Positions 1 to 9,664 of a stretch of 64,000 nt of DNA are shown one piece after another. The stretch covers positions 32,050 through 96,049 of the forward strand of contig JACOVG010000003.1 of the NCBI GenBank assembly GCA_016177405.1, read 5' to 3'. Made by a program: the position numbers and the translations under genes. This stretch comes from Candidatus Omnitrophota bacterium (GTDB lineage: Bacteria; Omnitrophota; Gorgyraeia; 1-14-0-20-64-10). Every line of letters starts with the position of its first letter. Position 1 is the first letter of the stretch. The notes beneath the pieces were generated by a model, which searched no databases, was not told where the DNA came from, and was given only the letters and a program-made list of their open reading frames with translations.

Positions 1-1014
1 CGCGGAACCGAGATCCTGAAGAACTTTCTTTACAAGGTCTGCGGCTGTGAAGGGCGGTGGACCCCCGGCTCCTTCATCGACAGCGCCTGCGGCCAGATCC
101 GCGAAACCGTGAAGGGGGATCAGGTGATCCTGGGCCTGTCGGGCGGGGTGGATTCGTCGGTGGCGGCCCTGCTCCTGTTTAAGGCGATCGGCCCGCAGCT
201 CATTCCCATCTTCGTGGACACCGGCCTCTTGAGGAAGGGGGAGCGCGAGCAGGTGGTGAAGACCTTCAGGGATTCCTTCCGCATGGGCCTGACGGTGGTG
301 AACGCGCGGGACCGCTTCCTGAAGCGCCTGAAAGGGGTGACCGACCCCGAAGAGAAACGGCGCAGAATCGGCCGCCTCTTCGTGTCCTGTTTTGAGGAGG
401 AGGCCCGCAAGCATCCGAAGGCCAGGTTCCTGGCCCAGGGGACCCTCTATCCGGATGTGATCGAATCCCGATCGGCCCTGGGGGGGCCTTCGGCCACCAT
501 CAAGACCCACCACAACGTGGGCGGCCTGCCCAAGCGGATGAACCTGAAGCTCGTGGAGCCGCTTAGGTTCCTCTTCAAGGATGAGGTCCGGAGGATCGGC
601 AAGAGCCTGGGGCTCCCGGAGGAGATTCTGATGCGCCACCCCTTCCCGGGGCCGGGGCTGGCCGTCCGGATCTTGGGCGAGGTGACCCTGGAGCGGGTGA
701 AGCTTCTTCAGGAGGCCGACCAGCGCTTCATCGAGGAGCTCAAGGCCGGCGGCTGGTACCGCAAGGTGTGGCAGGCCTTCGCGGTCCTGCTGCCCCTGAA
801 GACGGTCGGGGTCATGGGGGACGAAAGAACCTATGAGCATGTGATCGCCTTGAGAGCGGTGGTGAGCCTGGATGGGATGACGGCCGACTGGGCCCGGCTG
901 CCCGCGGAGCTGGTGGAGCGGACGGCCAACCGCGTCGTGAACGAGGTGCGGGGAATCAACCGGGTGGTTTACGACGTCACGAGCAAGCCCCCCGGAACCA
1001 TCGAATGGGAATGA
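1..1014 (+). CDS. guaA: GMP synthase (glutamine-hydrolysing), 5'-truncated by window edge
   Basis: Open frame from base 1; SGGVDS PP-loop, [33 protein letters not shown]-terminal KPPGTIEWE. Confidence 0.97.
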   Translation, partial: RGTEILKNFLYKVCGCEGRWTPGSFIDSACGQIRETVKGDQVILGLSGGVDSSVAALLLFKAIGPQLIPIFVDTGLLRKGEREQVVKTFRDSFRMGLTVVNARDRFLKRLKGVTDPEEKRRRIGRLFVSCFEEEARKHPKARFLAQGTLYPDVIESRSALGGPSATIKTHHNVGGLPKRMNLKLVEPLRFLFKDEVRRIGKSLGLPEEILMRHPFPGPGLAVRILGEVTLERVKLLQEADQRFIEELKAGGWYRKVWQAFAVLLPLKTVGVMGDERTYEHVIALRAVVSLDGMTADWARLPAELVERTANRVVNEVRGINRVVYDVTSKPPGTIEWE

Positions 1015-1044
1015 CGTTTTTAACACCATGGAGGTGCTGACAAA

Positions 1045-1299
1045 ATGACACACGGCGTGAGCTCGCTCTTGATCGCCGCGGCGGCCGGCTATTGGGTCTG
1101 GACGCAGGCGGGATCTCAAAAGGGGAATGCCAAGAAGCTTGGGCAGCTGCTCGGGGTCGCGATCATCGCGATCAGCCTCATCGGATCGGCCTGCAAGATT
1201 TACTACGTGGCGGCCGGCAAATCTTTTTCCGGCCGCCTTTGCCCGCCGGGAAAGGCCTGCCCGTTCGGGGTCAAACCGGAGGCCCAGGTCCAGAAGTAA
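1045..1299 (+). CDS. small hypothetical membrane protein (2 predicted TM helices, Cys-containing tail)
   Basis: GGAGG upstream of ATG; two hydrophobic stretches; fills the guaA-dnaE gap. Confidence 0.7.
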   Translation: MTHGVSSLLIAAAAGYWVWTQAGSQKGNAKKLGQLLGVAIIAISLIGSACKIYYVAAGKSFSGRLCPPGKACPFGVKPEAQVQK

Positions 1300-1313
1300 C
1301 TTTTCTGACCGCC

Positions 1314-4300
1314 ATGAAACACGCCGACTTCGTTCACCTTCACGTCCACAGCCAGTATTCCCTGCTGGACGGGGCCTGCCGGCTTGATGAGCTGGCCGAG
1401 GCGGCCAAGCGCCACCGGATGCCGGCGCTGGCCATCACCGATCACGGCAACCTCTTCGGGGCCATCGAGTTTTACGAGGCCTGCCTGAAGGCCGGGGTCA
1501 AGCCGATCATCGGGGTGGAGAGCTACATCGCCCCGGGCTCGCGCCTCACGAAGGAGGCCAAGGGGATTTCGGAGGCCTCGTATCACCTGATCCTCCTGGC
1601 CAAGAACGAAGTCGGCTACCGGAATTTGCTGAAGCTCGTCTCGGCGGCCTACACCGAGGGCTTCTACTACCGCCCCCGCATCGACAAGGAGCTTCTGGCC
1701 CGGCATTCCCAGGGGCTGATCGGTTTGTCGAGTTGTCTGCAGGGGGAGGTGAGCCATTGGATGAACCGGGGCGACCCCGCCAAGGCGATGAAGGCCGCCG
1801 ACGAGCTCTCGGTCCTGTTTCCCAAGGGAGATTTCTACCTGGAGATCCAGGATCACGGCATCGCGGACCAGCGCAAGATCATCCCGGGGATGCTGGATCT
1901 CGCCAAGAAACTGGACCTTCCGGTGGTCGCCACCAACGACCTGCATTATCTGGAGAAATCGCAGGCCCGGGCGCACGAGGCCCTCCTGTGCATCCAGACC
2001 CAGACCACCCTGGACGACCCCCAGCGCTTCCGGTTCGATACCGACGAGTTTTACTTCAAATCGCCCGAGGAGATGCAGGCCCTCTTCGCCGAGGTCCCGC
2101 AGGCCCTCCTGGCCACCCGGGAGATCGCCGAGAAGACCGACCTGAAGCTCACCTTCAACCGGCTGCACCTGCCGCAGTTCAACCCGCCCGAGGGCAAGGG
2201 CCAGGAGGTTTACCTGAAGGAGCTGGTGGAGGAGGGGTTCCAGAGGCGCTACCCGGAGGCCGCCCCCGAAGTCCGCCAGCGCCTCGCGCACGAGCTTTCC
2301 ATCATCGTGAAGACCGGCTTCACCAGCTACTTCCTGATCACCTGGGATGTGGTCCGTTACGCCAAGTCCAAGCGGATTCCGGTGGGGCCGGGCAGGGGTT
2401 CGGCCGCCGGCTCGGTGGTGAGCTACTGCCTGGGGATCACCGACCTGGACCCGATGGAGCACGACCTGATCTTCGAGCGCTTCCTCAATCCGGAGCGGCT
2501 CTCCATGCCGGACATCGACATCGACTTCTGCTACGAGCGAAGGCCCGAGGTGATCGATTACGTCGTCTCCCGGTACGGCAAGGGCAACGTGGCCCAGGTG
2601 ATCACCTTCGGGACGATGCAGGCCAAGGCGGTGGTTCGGGACGTGGCCCGCGCGATGGGCTTCAGCTATCCCGAGGCCGACCGGATCGCCAAGCTCATTC
2701 CCTTCGATCTGAACATGACGCTCAAGAAGGCCCTGGAGATGACCCCGGAGCTTGCCGGCCTCCACCGGTCGGACCCGAGGGTGAGGCAGCTCATCGAAAC
2801 CTCGTTCGTCCTGGAGGGCCTCACCCGGCACGCCTCCACCCATGCCGCCGGGGTGGTGATCGCCGACGGCGATCTGACCGACTACGTGCCCCTCTTCAAG
2901 ACGGGCGACGATCAGATCTCGACCGGCTACGCGATGGAGGCGCTGGAGAAGATCGGCCTTCTTAAAATGGATTTCCTGGGGCTTCGCAACCTCACGGTCA
3001 TCGAGGAGGCGATCCACCTGATCCGGGAGATCCAGGGGGTTCAGGTGGAGATCGAACGCCTCCCCCTGGACGACGCCAAGACCTACCACCTTCTTTGCCA
3101 GGCGGAGTCGACCGGCGTTTTCCAGCTGGAGTCGGGCGGGATGCGGGATCTCCTGCGGCGGCTCAAGCCCGGCCGGCTGCAGGATCTCACGGCCTTGCTT
3201 GCCCTTTTCCGGCCGGGCCCCATCGGCTCGGGGATGGTGGACGATTTCATCCGCCGAAAGAACGGCCAGCTGCAGGTGACCTACGACCATCCGGCCCTGG
3301 AGCCGATCCTCAAGGACACCTACGGGACCCTGGTCTTTCAGGAGCAGGTGATGCGGATCGCCCACGATCTGGCCGGCTTCACGCTGGCCCAGGCCGACCA
3401 CCTGCGCCGGGCCATGGGCAAGAAGATCCCCGAGGACATGGAGAAGATCCGCCAGGGGTTCCTCGCCGGCTGCCTCCAGCGGGGGGTGAGCCACCTGCTG
3501 GCGGAGAAGATCTTCGACAAGATCGTCTATTTTGCCGGGTACGCCTTCAACCGGGCCCACTCGGCCGCCTATGCCCTCATCTCTTACCGGACGGCCTACC
3601 TGAAGGCCCATTATCCCGTGGAGTACATGACAGCCCTCCTGACCAGCGAGCGGGACAACACCGACAAGATCGCCGAGTATGTGGAAGAGACCCGGCGGAT
3701 GGCCATCACGATCCTGCCGCCGGACGTCAACAAAAGCTTCGCCCGCTTCACCGTGGAGGGGGGGGCGATCCGTTACGGACTGCTGGGGGTGAAGAACATC
3801 GGCGAGGGGGCGATCGAGTCGATCGTTCAGGCCCGCCAGAAGCACGGTCCCTTGGAGGACCTCGTCTCGCTGTGCGAGTCGGTGGACACCCGCCTGGTCA
3901 ACCGCAAGGTGCTCGAGTCTCTCATCAAGTGCGGGGCCCTGGACGGCTTCAAGCTCCACCGCTCCCAGCTTTTAGCGGTCCTGGACCGGGTGATGGAGAT
4001 GGGCGCGGAGCGTCAAAAGGAGAGGGCCGGAGGACAGCTTTCCTTCTTCGAGGTTTTCGGGGGTTCGGGAGAGAGCCGGAGCCAGGCGCTGGAGATTCCG
4101 AATCTTCCGGAGTGGCCCAGCGAGCAGCTGCTGGCCTTTGAGAAGGGATTGCTGGGCTTCTACCTGACCGGGCATCCCCTCTCCCGGTTCAGGCCGCTGT
4201 TGTCGCTGCTGGCCCCGGTCACCACGGGAAAGCTCCGCGCCCTGATGGACGGCAGCGAGGTGACCCTGGGGGGCATGATCACGCGCCTGAAGGTGACCAC

Positions 4301-4757
4301 CACCAAAAGGGGCAACGAGCGGATGGCCATTGTCTGGCTGGAGGATTTTGAGGGGACGACCGAAGGGCTGATCTTTCCCAAGGTGCTGCCGCTGGTGGAG
4401 CAGGCCTTGAGGGTGGACACGGCCGTCTTGGCCAGCGGCCGGGTTTCCCTTCGCGAGGAAAAACCCAAATTGCTGGTGTCGGATCTTGTTTTTCTGGAGG
4501 AGGCCTGGAAAAAGAAGATTCAGGGCTTGAAGATTCGCCTGAAGTCCGATCTGGCTCGTCCGACGGTGGAGAGCCTCAAGAAGATGCTGGCCGACCACCC
4601 CGGCGAGGTTCCGGTGGAGCTTTCGGTCGGCAACGGCGGTTCGGGGGGGGTTCGGATCGCGGTGGGCAGCGCCCTGCGGGTCTCGGCCTCGGCGGAGCTG
4701 TTGACCACGCTCGTGGAGCTCCTGGGTCCGGAGGCGATCGCAGTTCGTAAGGTATAA
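1314..4757 (+). CDS. dnaE: DNA polymerase III alpha subunit
   Basis: ATG at 1314 gives MKHADFVHLHVHSQYSLLDG (PHP domain); GPGRGSAAGS, PDIDIDF, GYAFNRAHS, C-terminal OB fold. Confidence 0.97.
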   Translation: MKHADFVHLHVHSQYSLLDGACRLDELAEAAKRHRMPALAITDHGNLFGAIEFYEACLKAGVKPIIGVESYIAPGSRLTKEAKGISEASYHLILLAKNEVGYRNLLKLVSAAYTEGFYYRPRIDKELLARHSQGLIGLSSCLQGEVSHWMNRGDPAKAMKAADELSVLFPKGDFYLEIQDHGIADQRKIIPGMLDLAKKLDLPVVATNDLHYLEKSQARAHEALLCIQTQTTLDDPQRFRFDTDEFYFKSPEEMQALFAEVPQALLATREIAEKTDLKLTFNRLHLPQFNPPEGKGQEVYLKELVEEGFQRRYPEAAPEVRQRLAHELSIIVKTGFTSYFLITWDVVRYAKSKRIPVGPGRGSAAGSVVSYCLGITDLDPMEHDLIFERFLNPERLSMPDIDIDFCYERRPEVIDYVVSRYGKGNVAQVITFGTMQAKAVVRDVARAMGFSYPEADRIAKLIPFDLNMTLKKALEMTPELAGLHRSDPRVRQLIETSFVLEGLTRHASTHAAGVVIADGDLTDYVPLFKTGDDQISTGYAMEALEKIGLLKMDFLGLRNLTVIEEAIHLIREIQGVQVEIERLPLDDAKTYHLLCQAESTGVFQLESGGMRDLLRRLKPGRLQDLTALLALFRPGPIGSGMVDDFIRRKNGQLQVTYDHPALEPILKDTYGTLVFQEQVMRIAHDLAGFTLAQADHLRRAMGKKIPEDMEKIRQGFLAGCLQRGVSHLLAEKIFDKIVYFAGYAFNRAHSAAYALISYRTAYLKAHYPVEYMTALLTSERDNTDKIAEYVEETRRMAITILPPDVNKSFARFTVEGGAIRYGLLGVKNIGEGAIESIVQARQKHGPLEDLVSLCESVDTRLVNRKVLESLIKCGALDGFKLHRSQLLAVLDRVMEMGAERQKERAGGQLSFFEVFGGSGESRSQALEIPNLPEWPSEQLLAFEKGLLGFYLTGHPLSRFRPLLSLLAPVTTGKLRALMDGSEVTLGGMITRLKVTTTKRGNERMAIVWLEDFEGTTEGLIFPKVLPLVEQALRVDTAVLASGRVSLREEKPKLLVSDLVFLEEAWKKKIQGLKIRLKSDLARPTVESLKKMLADHPGEVPVELSVGNGGSGGVRIAVGSALRVSASAELLTTLVELLGPEAIAVRKV

Positions 4758-4792
4758 TGACGGTTTAGTCAGCGGGAGGCCCGACGATAACG

Positions 4793-5065
4793 ATGACGAA
4801 AAAGGACATCGTGCTCAAGGTGTCAGAGGCGACCGGATTGAAGCAGTTGGATGTCAAAAGGGTCGTCCAGAAAAGTTTGGATACCCTGGTGGCCGCTTTG
4901 GCCAAGGGTGAAACGGTGGAGCTTCGGAATTTCGGCATCTTCAAGGTGAAGTCGCGCAAGGGGCGCACGGGCCGCAACCCCCGCACCGGCGAGAAGGTTC
5001 CGGTGCCGCCCAAGCGGGTGGTTGTCTTCAAGCCGGGCCTCATCATGAAGCGGGACATCCGCTGA
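4793..5065 (+). CDS. HU/IHF family DNA-binding protein
   Basis: MTKKDIV...VELRNFGIFKV...GRNPRTGEKVPVPPKRVVVFKPG signature. Confidence 0.95.
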   Translation: MTKKDIVLKVSEATGLKQLDVKRVVQKSLDTLVAALAKGETVELRNFGIFKVKSRKGRTGRNPRTGEKVPVPPKRVVVFKPGLIMKRDIR

Positions 5066-5083
5066 ACTTAGGCTGATCCTCCG

Positions 5084-6355
5084 CTGAAACCCCTTCAAGC
5101 GCTCGGGGGAACGAGCGACATCTTCCCCGAAGAATCATCCCGCTGGCAGGCGGTGGAGTCCCGGGCCCGTCAGGTTCTGGAGCTCTACGGCTACCAGGAG
5201 GTGCGGACCCCCCTGATCGAAGACTCCGCGGTCTTCACCCGGTCTCTCGGGTCGGCCGAGGAGATCGTCACCAAGCAGATGTACCTCTTTCAGGACCGGG
5301 GAGGGCGGGAGGTGGCGCTGCGGCCGGAAGGAACCGCCTCGGTGGTCCGGGCCCTGATCGAGAGGGGGCTGGATAAGACGGGCGGCTTGACCCGCCTGTA
5401 TTACCTGGGCCCCATGTTCCGGGCCGAAAGGCCGCAGGCCGGCCGCCGGCGGCAGTTCCACCAGCTGGGGGTGGAGGTCTTCGGCTCGGCCAGCCCCTAT
5501 CAGGACGCGGAGGTCCTGGCGCTGTTGACGCGGCTGCTCCGGGAGGCGGGGGCGGGCGCGGCCGTCTTGAAGATCAACAACATCGGCTGCCGGCAGGACC
5601 GGCCCGAGATGGTCAAGAGGCTGAAGGAATATTTCAAGGGGCATCTCGACCACCTGTGCCAGGAGTGCAAGCTTCGGCTGGAGAAGAATCCCCTGCGGAT
5701 CTTCGACTGCAAGCAGGAAAGGTGCCGTTCCATAGCCCACGAGAGCAACAAGCCTTCCCAGTGGGCGTGCGGCGGCTGCCGGGAGCATTTTGACAAGGCG
5801 CGCCAGGCGCTGGATCTCTTGGGGATCCCTTACGAGGTGGACCACCAGATCGTCCGCGGCCTGGACTATTACACGAGGACGGTCTTTGAGGCGGTTCACG
5901 AGGGCCTAGGCGCCCAGAACGCCATCGGCGCCGGAGGCCGGTACGATGATCTGGTTGGCCAGATGGGCGGGGAGCCGGTGCCGGCCGTCGGATTCGCCCT
6001 GGGGCTGGAGAGGATCCTGATGGCCCAGGAACAGGAAGCCAAGGTTTCCGTCTCCTCGGCCAAGAGGCCCCAGGTTTTTGTGGCGACGGTGAGCCCGGCC
6101 GAGATTCCAAAGGGGCTGGCCCTGGCCGAGGCCTTGAGAGAAAAGGGAATCGCCTGCGTCAACAATGTGGACGACCGGCCGCTGAAGCGCCAGCTCGAGC
6201 AGGCCGAAAAGTGGGGCTGCGTACTGGTGGCCATTCAGGGGGAGGCCGAAAGATCCAAGAAGGTGGTGACCGTCAAGCAGATGGCCGCCCGCGCCCAAAC
6301 GGAAGTCCCGGAGGATCAATGGGTGGAGAAGGTGAAGGAGCTTCTGGCGGGATGA
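5084..6355 (+). CDS. hisS: histidyl-tRNA synthetase (start probably CTG at 5084, upstream of the GTG at 5153)
   Basis: LRPEGTA, FRAERPQAGRRRQFHQ, VRGLDYY, GGRYDDL; conserved LQALGGTSDIFP segment lies upstream of 5153. Confidence 0.95.
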   Translation: MKPLQALGGTSDIFPEESSRWQAVESRARQVLELYGYQEVRTPLIEDSAVFTRSLGSAEEIVTKQMYLFQDRGGREVALRPEGTASVVRALIERGLDKTGGLTRLYYLGPMFRAERPQAGRRRQFHQLGVEVFGSASPYQDAEVLALLTRLLREAGAGAAVLKINNIGCRQDRPEMVKRLKEYFKGHLDHLCQECKLRLEKNPLRIFDCKQERCRSIAHESNKPSQWACGGCREHFDKARQALDLLGIPYEVDHQIVRGLDYYTRTVFEAVHEGLGAQNAIGAGGRYDDLVGQMGGEPVPAVGFALGLERILMAQEQEAKVSVSSAKRPQVFVATVSPAEIPKGLALAEALREKGIACVNNVDDRPLKRQLEQAEKWGCVLVAIQGEAERSKKVVTVKQMAARAQTEVPEDQWVEKVKELLAG

Positions 6356-8112
6356 GAACGCACACCTGCGGTTCGTTGACCGAGAAAGAGGCCAACCGCG
6401 CGGTTCGCCTGTGCGGCTGGGTCCACCGGCGGCGCGACCACGGCGGGCTCATCTTCATCGATTTGAGGGACCGCTACGGGTTGACCCAGGTGGTCTTTCA
6501 TCCGGACCCCGACCCCGAGCTTCACACACGGGCCAAGGAGCTTAGGCCGGAGTTCTGCGTCGCCGTCGAGGGGACCGTCCTTCCGCGCCCGGAGGGAACC
6601 GAGAATCCGAAGCTGGCCACCGGGGCCATCGAGGTGAGGGTGTCGAAGCTGACGGTGCTCAACCCCGCCGACACGGCCCCCTTCGAGATCGCCGAAGAGG
6701 GAGATCTTTCGGAGGAGCTCCGGTACACCTACCGGTACCTGGACCTGCGCCGGGAATCCAGCTTGAAGCGGATGATCCTGCGCCACCGGGTGATCCAGGT
6801 GATGCGGCGGCTGCTGGATTCGGAGGGCTTCATCGAGGTGGAGACGCCCATCCTCACCAAATCCACCCCGGAGGGGGCGCGGGATTATCTGGTCCCCAGC
6901 CGCCTCAACCCCGGCTCCTTTTACGCCCTGCCGCAGTCGCCCCAGCTTTTCAAACAGCTTCTCATGGTGGCCGGCTTTGACCGCTACTACCAGATCGCCC
7001 GCTGCTTCAGGGACGAGGATCTCCGGGCCGACCGCCAGCCGGAGTTCACCCAGCTGGATCTGGAGATGTCCTTTGTGGACGAGGAGGCGGTCTTCTCGAT
7101 CACCGAAAGGATCTTCGAAGCGGTCTGGAGCCAGGTGGTCCAGCGCCCCCTGACGGCGCCCTTTCCAAGGATCTCCTACCGCCAGGCGATGGAGCGCTTC
7201 GGCACCGACAAGCCGGATCTCCGCTTTTCCATGGAGCTGACCGATGGGACCGATCTCTTTCGCGAGACCTCTTTCGAAAGGTTCCGGAAGACGCTCGATG
7301 AGGGCGGTGTGGTGAAATGGCTGCTGGCGCCGGGGGCGGGCGCCGCCCTAAGCGGCAAGGGGGTGGATCAGCTGACCGAGATCGCCAAGGCGAACGGGGC
7401 CGCCGGTCTGGTGACGGTCCGGATCACCCCGGAGGGTTTGGTTTGCCCGATGACCAAACATTTGGGCGAGGCGATCCTGAAGAAAGCGGTCGCGCGGGCC
7501 CAGGGCAAGACGGGGGATCTCCTGTTGCTGGTGGCCGGTCCCCCGGAGACCTCGCTGGCGAGCCTGGGCGCCTTGCGCTGTCATCTGGGCCGCGAGCTTC
7601 ACCTGATCCCCGAGGACGAGTTTGCCTTTGTCTGGGTCGTCGATTTCCCCCTCTTCCATTTCAACCCGGATCAGAAGCGCTGGGAATCGGAACACCATCC
7701 CTTCACGGCGCCCCGGCAGGAGGATCTGCCGCACCTGGCCTCGGACCCTGGGAAGGTGAGGGCGCGCTCTTACGATCTGGTGGTCAACGGCAATGAGCTG
7801 GGCTCCGGCTCCATCCGGATTCACCGCCGTGAGGTTCAGGAGAAGATCTTTGAGATTCTGGGAATGTCGGCCGCCGAGGCGCAGAGCCGTTTCGGCTTCC
7901 TGCTCACGGCCTTCCGCTTCGGAGCCCCGCCCCACGGGGGGATCGCTCCGGGGATAGACCGGCTGATCGCCCTGATCACCGGAAGCGCCTCCATCCGGGA
8001 GGTGATCGCTTTTCCGAAGACCCAGAAGGGGGTGGACCTGATGACCGGCGCCCCGGCCGAGGTGACGGAAGCCCAATTGAAGGAAGTTGGGATTGGCTTG
8101 AAGAGAAGATAA
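6352..8112 (+). CDS. aspS: aspartyl-tRNA synthetase (possibly non-discriminating Asp/Asn type)
   Basis: ATG 6352 MRTHTCG; RRDHGGLIFIDLRD, STPEGARDY, LPQSPQLFKQ, PPHGGIAPGIDR. Confidence 0.97.
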   Translation: MRTHTCGSLTEKEANRAVRLCGWVHRRRDHGGLIFIDLRDRYGLTQVVFHPDPDPELHTRAKELRPEFCVAVEGTVLPRPEGTENPKLATGAIEVRVSKLTVLNPADTAPFEIAEEGDLSEELRYTYRYLDLRRESSLKRMILRHRVIQVMRRLLDSEGFIEVETPILTKSTPEGARDYLVPSRLNPGSFYALPQSPQLFKQLLMVAGFDRYYQIARCFRDEDLRADRQPEFTQLDLEMSFVDEEAVFSITERIFEAVWSQVVQRPLTAPFPRISYRQAMERFGTDKPDLRFSMELTDGTDLFRETSFERFRKTLDEGGVVKWLLAPGAGAALSGKGVDQLTEIAKANGAAGLVTVRITPEGLVCPMTKHLGEAILKKAVARAQGKTGDLLLLVAGPPETSLASLGALRCHLGRELHLIPEDEFAFVWVVDFPLFHFNPDQKRWESEHHPFTAPRQEDLPHLASDPGKVRARSYDLVVNGNELGSGSIRIHRREVQEKIFEILGMSAAEAQSRFGFLLTAFRFGAPPHGGIAPGIDRLIALITGSASIREVIAFPKTQKGVDLMTGAPAEVTEAQLKEVGIGLKRR

Positions 8113-8124
8113 ACCAAGAAGGAG

Positions 8125-8709
8125 ATGAAGATGAAACCGGTTGCTTGGAGACTGTTGACGATTCCTGTAATCCTTTCGCTCGCGGGATGCGCCCGAATCA
8201 CCTCGCAGGTGGTGGATAAGGAGCGGGTGGATCAGGAGATGGATGGGAACCGCGGTTACCTCATGGGGAAGCCCTCGGCGCCGGCGGCCCCCCGAAAGAC
8301 CAAGCGCCGGATGATCCAGACCGACATCGAGCTTCCGACGGCCAGAGAGCTTAACCCTTGGCGGGTGAGCCAGGCCCCGGCCGCGCCGGCGCCCGCCGTC
8401 CCGCCGGCCGCCCCCCTGCCCGTGGAGGACGAAGAGATCCTGGGCGAGGATTGGGAAGAGCCGGCCGTGGAGGAGGTTCAGGCGCCCGCGCCGGCCCAGC
8501 CCGCCGAGGCGGCGGTGCCCTACACCGTTGCCAAGGGAGACACCCTGGAGAAGATCGCCGCCAAATTCTACGGCGACTCCAAGAAATGGCGCAGGATCTA
8601 TGACGCCAACCGGGACACCCTCAAGGGCCCCAACCGGATTTACCCCGGACAGAAGCTCATGATTCCCGCCGACGAAAAGGGCCCGGTTTCCTCCGGAGAC
8701 CTCAAGTAG
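8125..8709 (+). CDS. LysM-domain lipoprotein
   Basis: Lipobox LAGC; Pro/Glu-rich linker; C-terminal YTVAKGDTLEKIAAKFYGD...IYPGQKLMIP LysM. Confidence 0.9.
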   Translation: MKMKPVAWRLLTIPVILSLAGCARITSQVVDKERVDQEMDGNRGYLMGKPSAPAAPRKTKRRMIQTDIELPTARELNPWRVSQAPAAPAPAVPPAAPLPVEDEEILGEDWEEPAVEEVQAPAPAQPAEAAVPYTVAKGDTLEKIAAKFYGDSKKWRRIYDANRDTLKGPNRIYPGQKLMIPADEKGPVSSGDLK

Positions 8710-8710
8710 G

Positions 8711-9664
8711 ATGGAGAAGGTTTTCCATCTGCTCTCGGACCACGAGGCGGTGACCCTCTTCGGGCTGCACGATGAGCACCTGAAGCTCCTGGAGGCCGGC
8801 TTCGGGGTTCAGGTGATGGCCCGGGGAAACCAGCTGACCATTTCCGGGCCGGATGGCGCTGTCACCAAGGTTTCGCGCCTTGTGGAACAGCTCCTCGAGG
8901 TCATCCGCTCGGGGCGGCACCTTCAGCGCCACGAGGTGGTCTACGCCATCCGGGCGGCGGAATCGGGCTCGGCGGCGGACCTGAAACCGATTTACATGGA
9001 TCGGATTGAGGTGCTCTCCAAGAGGCAGTTCGTCAGCCCCAGAACGAGCGGGCAGAAGGCCTACGTGGACGCGATCCGGCGCTACGACATCGTCTTCGCC
9101 ATCGGTCCGGCCGGCACCGGAAAGTCTTACCTGGCCATGGCCATGGCGGTGGACGCCTTGAAGAAACAGGAGGTCTCCCGGATCATTCTCACCCGGCCGG
9201 CGGTGGAGGCCGGCGAATCGCTGGGCTTCCTGCCGGGCACCTTCGAGGAGAAGGTCGCCCCCTATCTGCGGCCCCTCTACGACGCGCTGTACGACATGAT
9301 GGATCCCGACCGGATCGGCCGCTCCATGGAGCGGGGAATCCTGGAGGTGGCTCCCTTGGCCTACATGCGGGGCCGCACCCTGAACGATTCCTTTGTCATC
9401 CTGGACGAGGCCCAGAACTGCACCCCGGAGCAGATGAAGATGTTCCTGACGCGCCTGGGCTTTGACTCCAAGGCGGTCATCACCGGGGACATCACGCAGT
9501 CGGACCTGCCGACAGGGAAGATCTCCGGCTTGGAGCATGCCCGCGGCGCTTTGAGCAAGATCGAGGGGATCGGTTTCGTCGAGTTCCAACCCAGCGACGT
9601 GGTCCGGCATGAGCTGGTCCAGAAGATCCTCCTGGCCTACGATAATGCCAACGGAAAACCTTAA
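8711..9664 (+). CDS. phoH: PhoH family ATPase
   Basis: GPAGTGKS Walker [32 protein letters not shown]. Confidence 0.95.
   Translation: MEKVFHLLSDHEAVTLFGLHDEHLKLLEAGFGVQVMARGNQLTISGPDGAVTKVSRLVEQLLEVIRSGRHLQRHEVVYAIRAAESGSAADLKPIYMDRIEVLSKRQFVSPRTSGQKAYVDAIRRYDIVFAIGPAGTGKSYLAMAMAVDALKKQEVSRIILTRPAVEAGESLGFLPGTFEEKVAPYLRPLYDALYDMMDPDRIGRSMERGILEVAPLAYMRGRTLNDSFVILDEAQNCTPEQMKMFLTRLGFDSKAVITGDITQSDLPTGKISGLEHARGALSKIEGIGFVEFQPSDVVRHELVQKILLAYDNANGKP

Noticed and set aside
1203-3959. Long minus-strand ORFs (918 aa here; also 16933-18687, 26364-28016, 34262-36301, 52196-53716)
   Set aside because: Antisense shadows of well-supported + strand genes in GC-rich DNA; no recognisable motifs.
1314-4757. 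Possible intein in DnaE
   Set aside because: Length (1147 aa) is normal and no intein splice motifs interrupt the conserved blocks.
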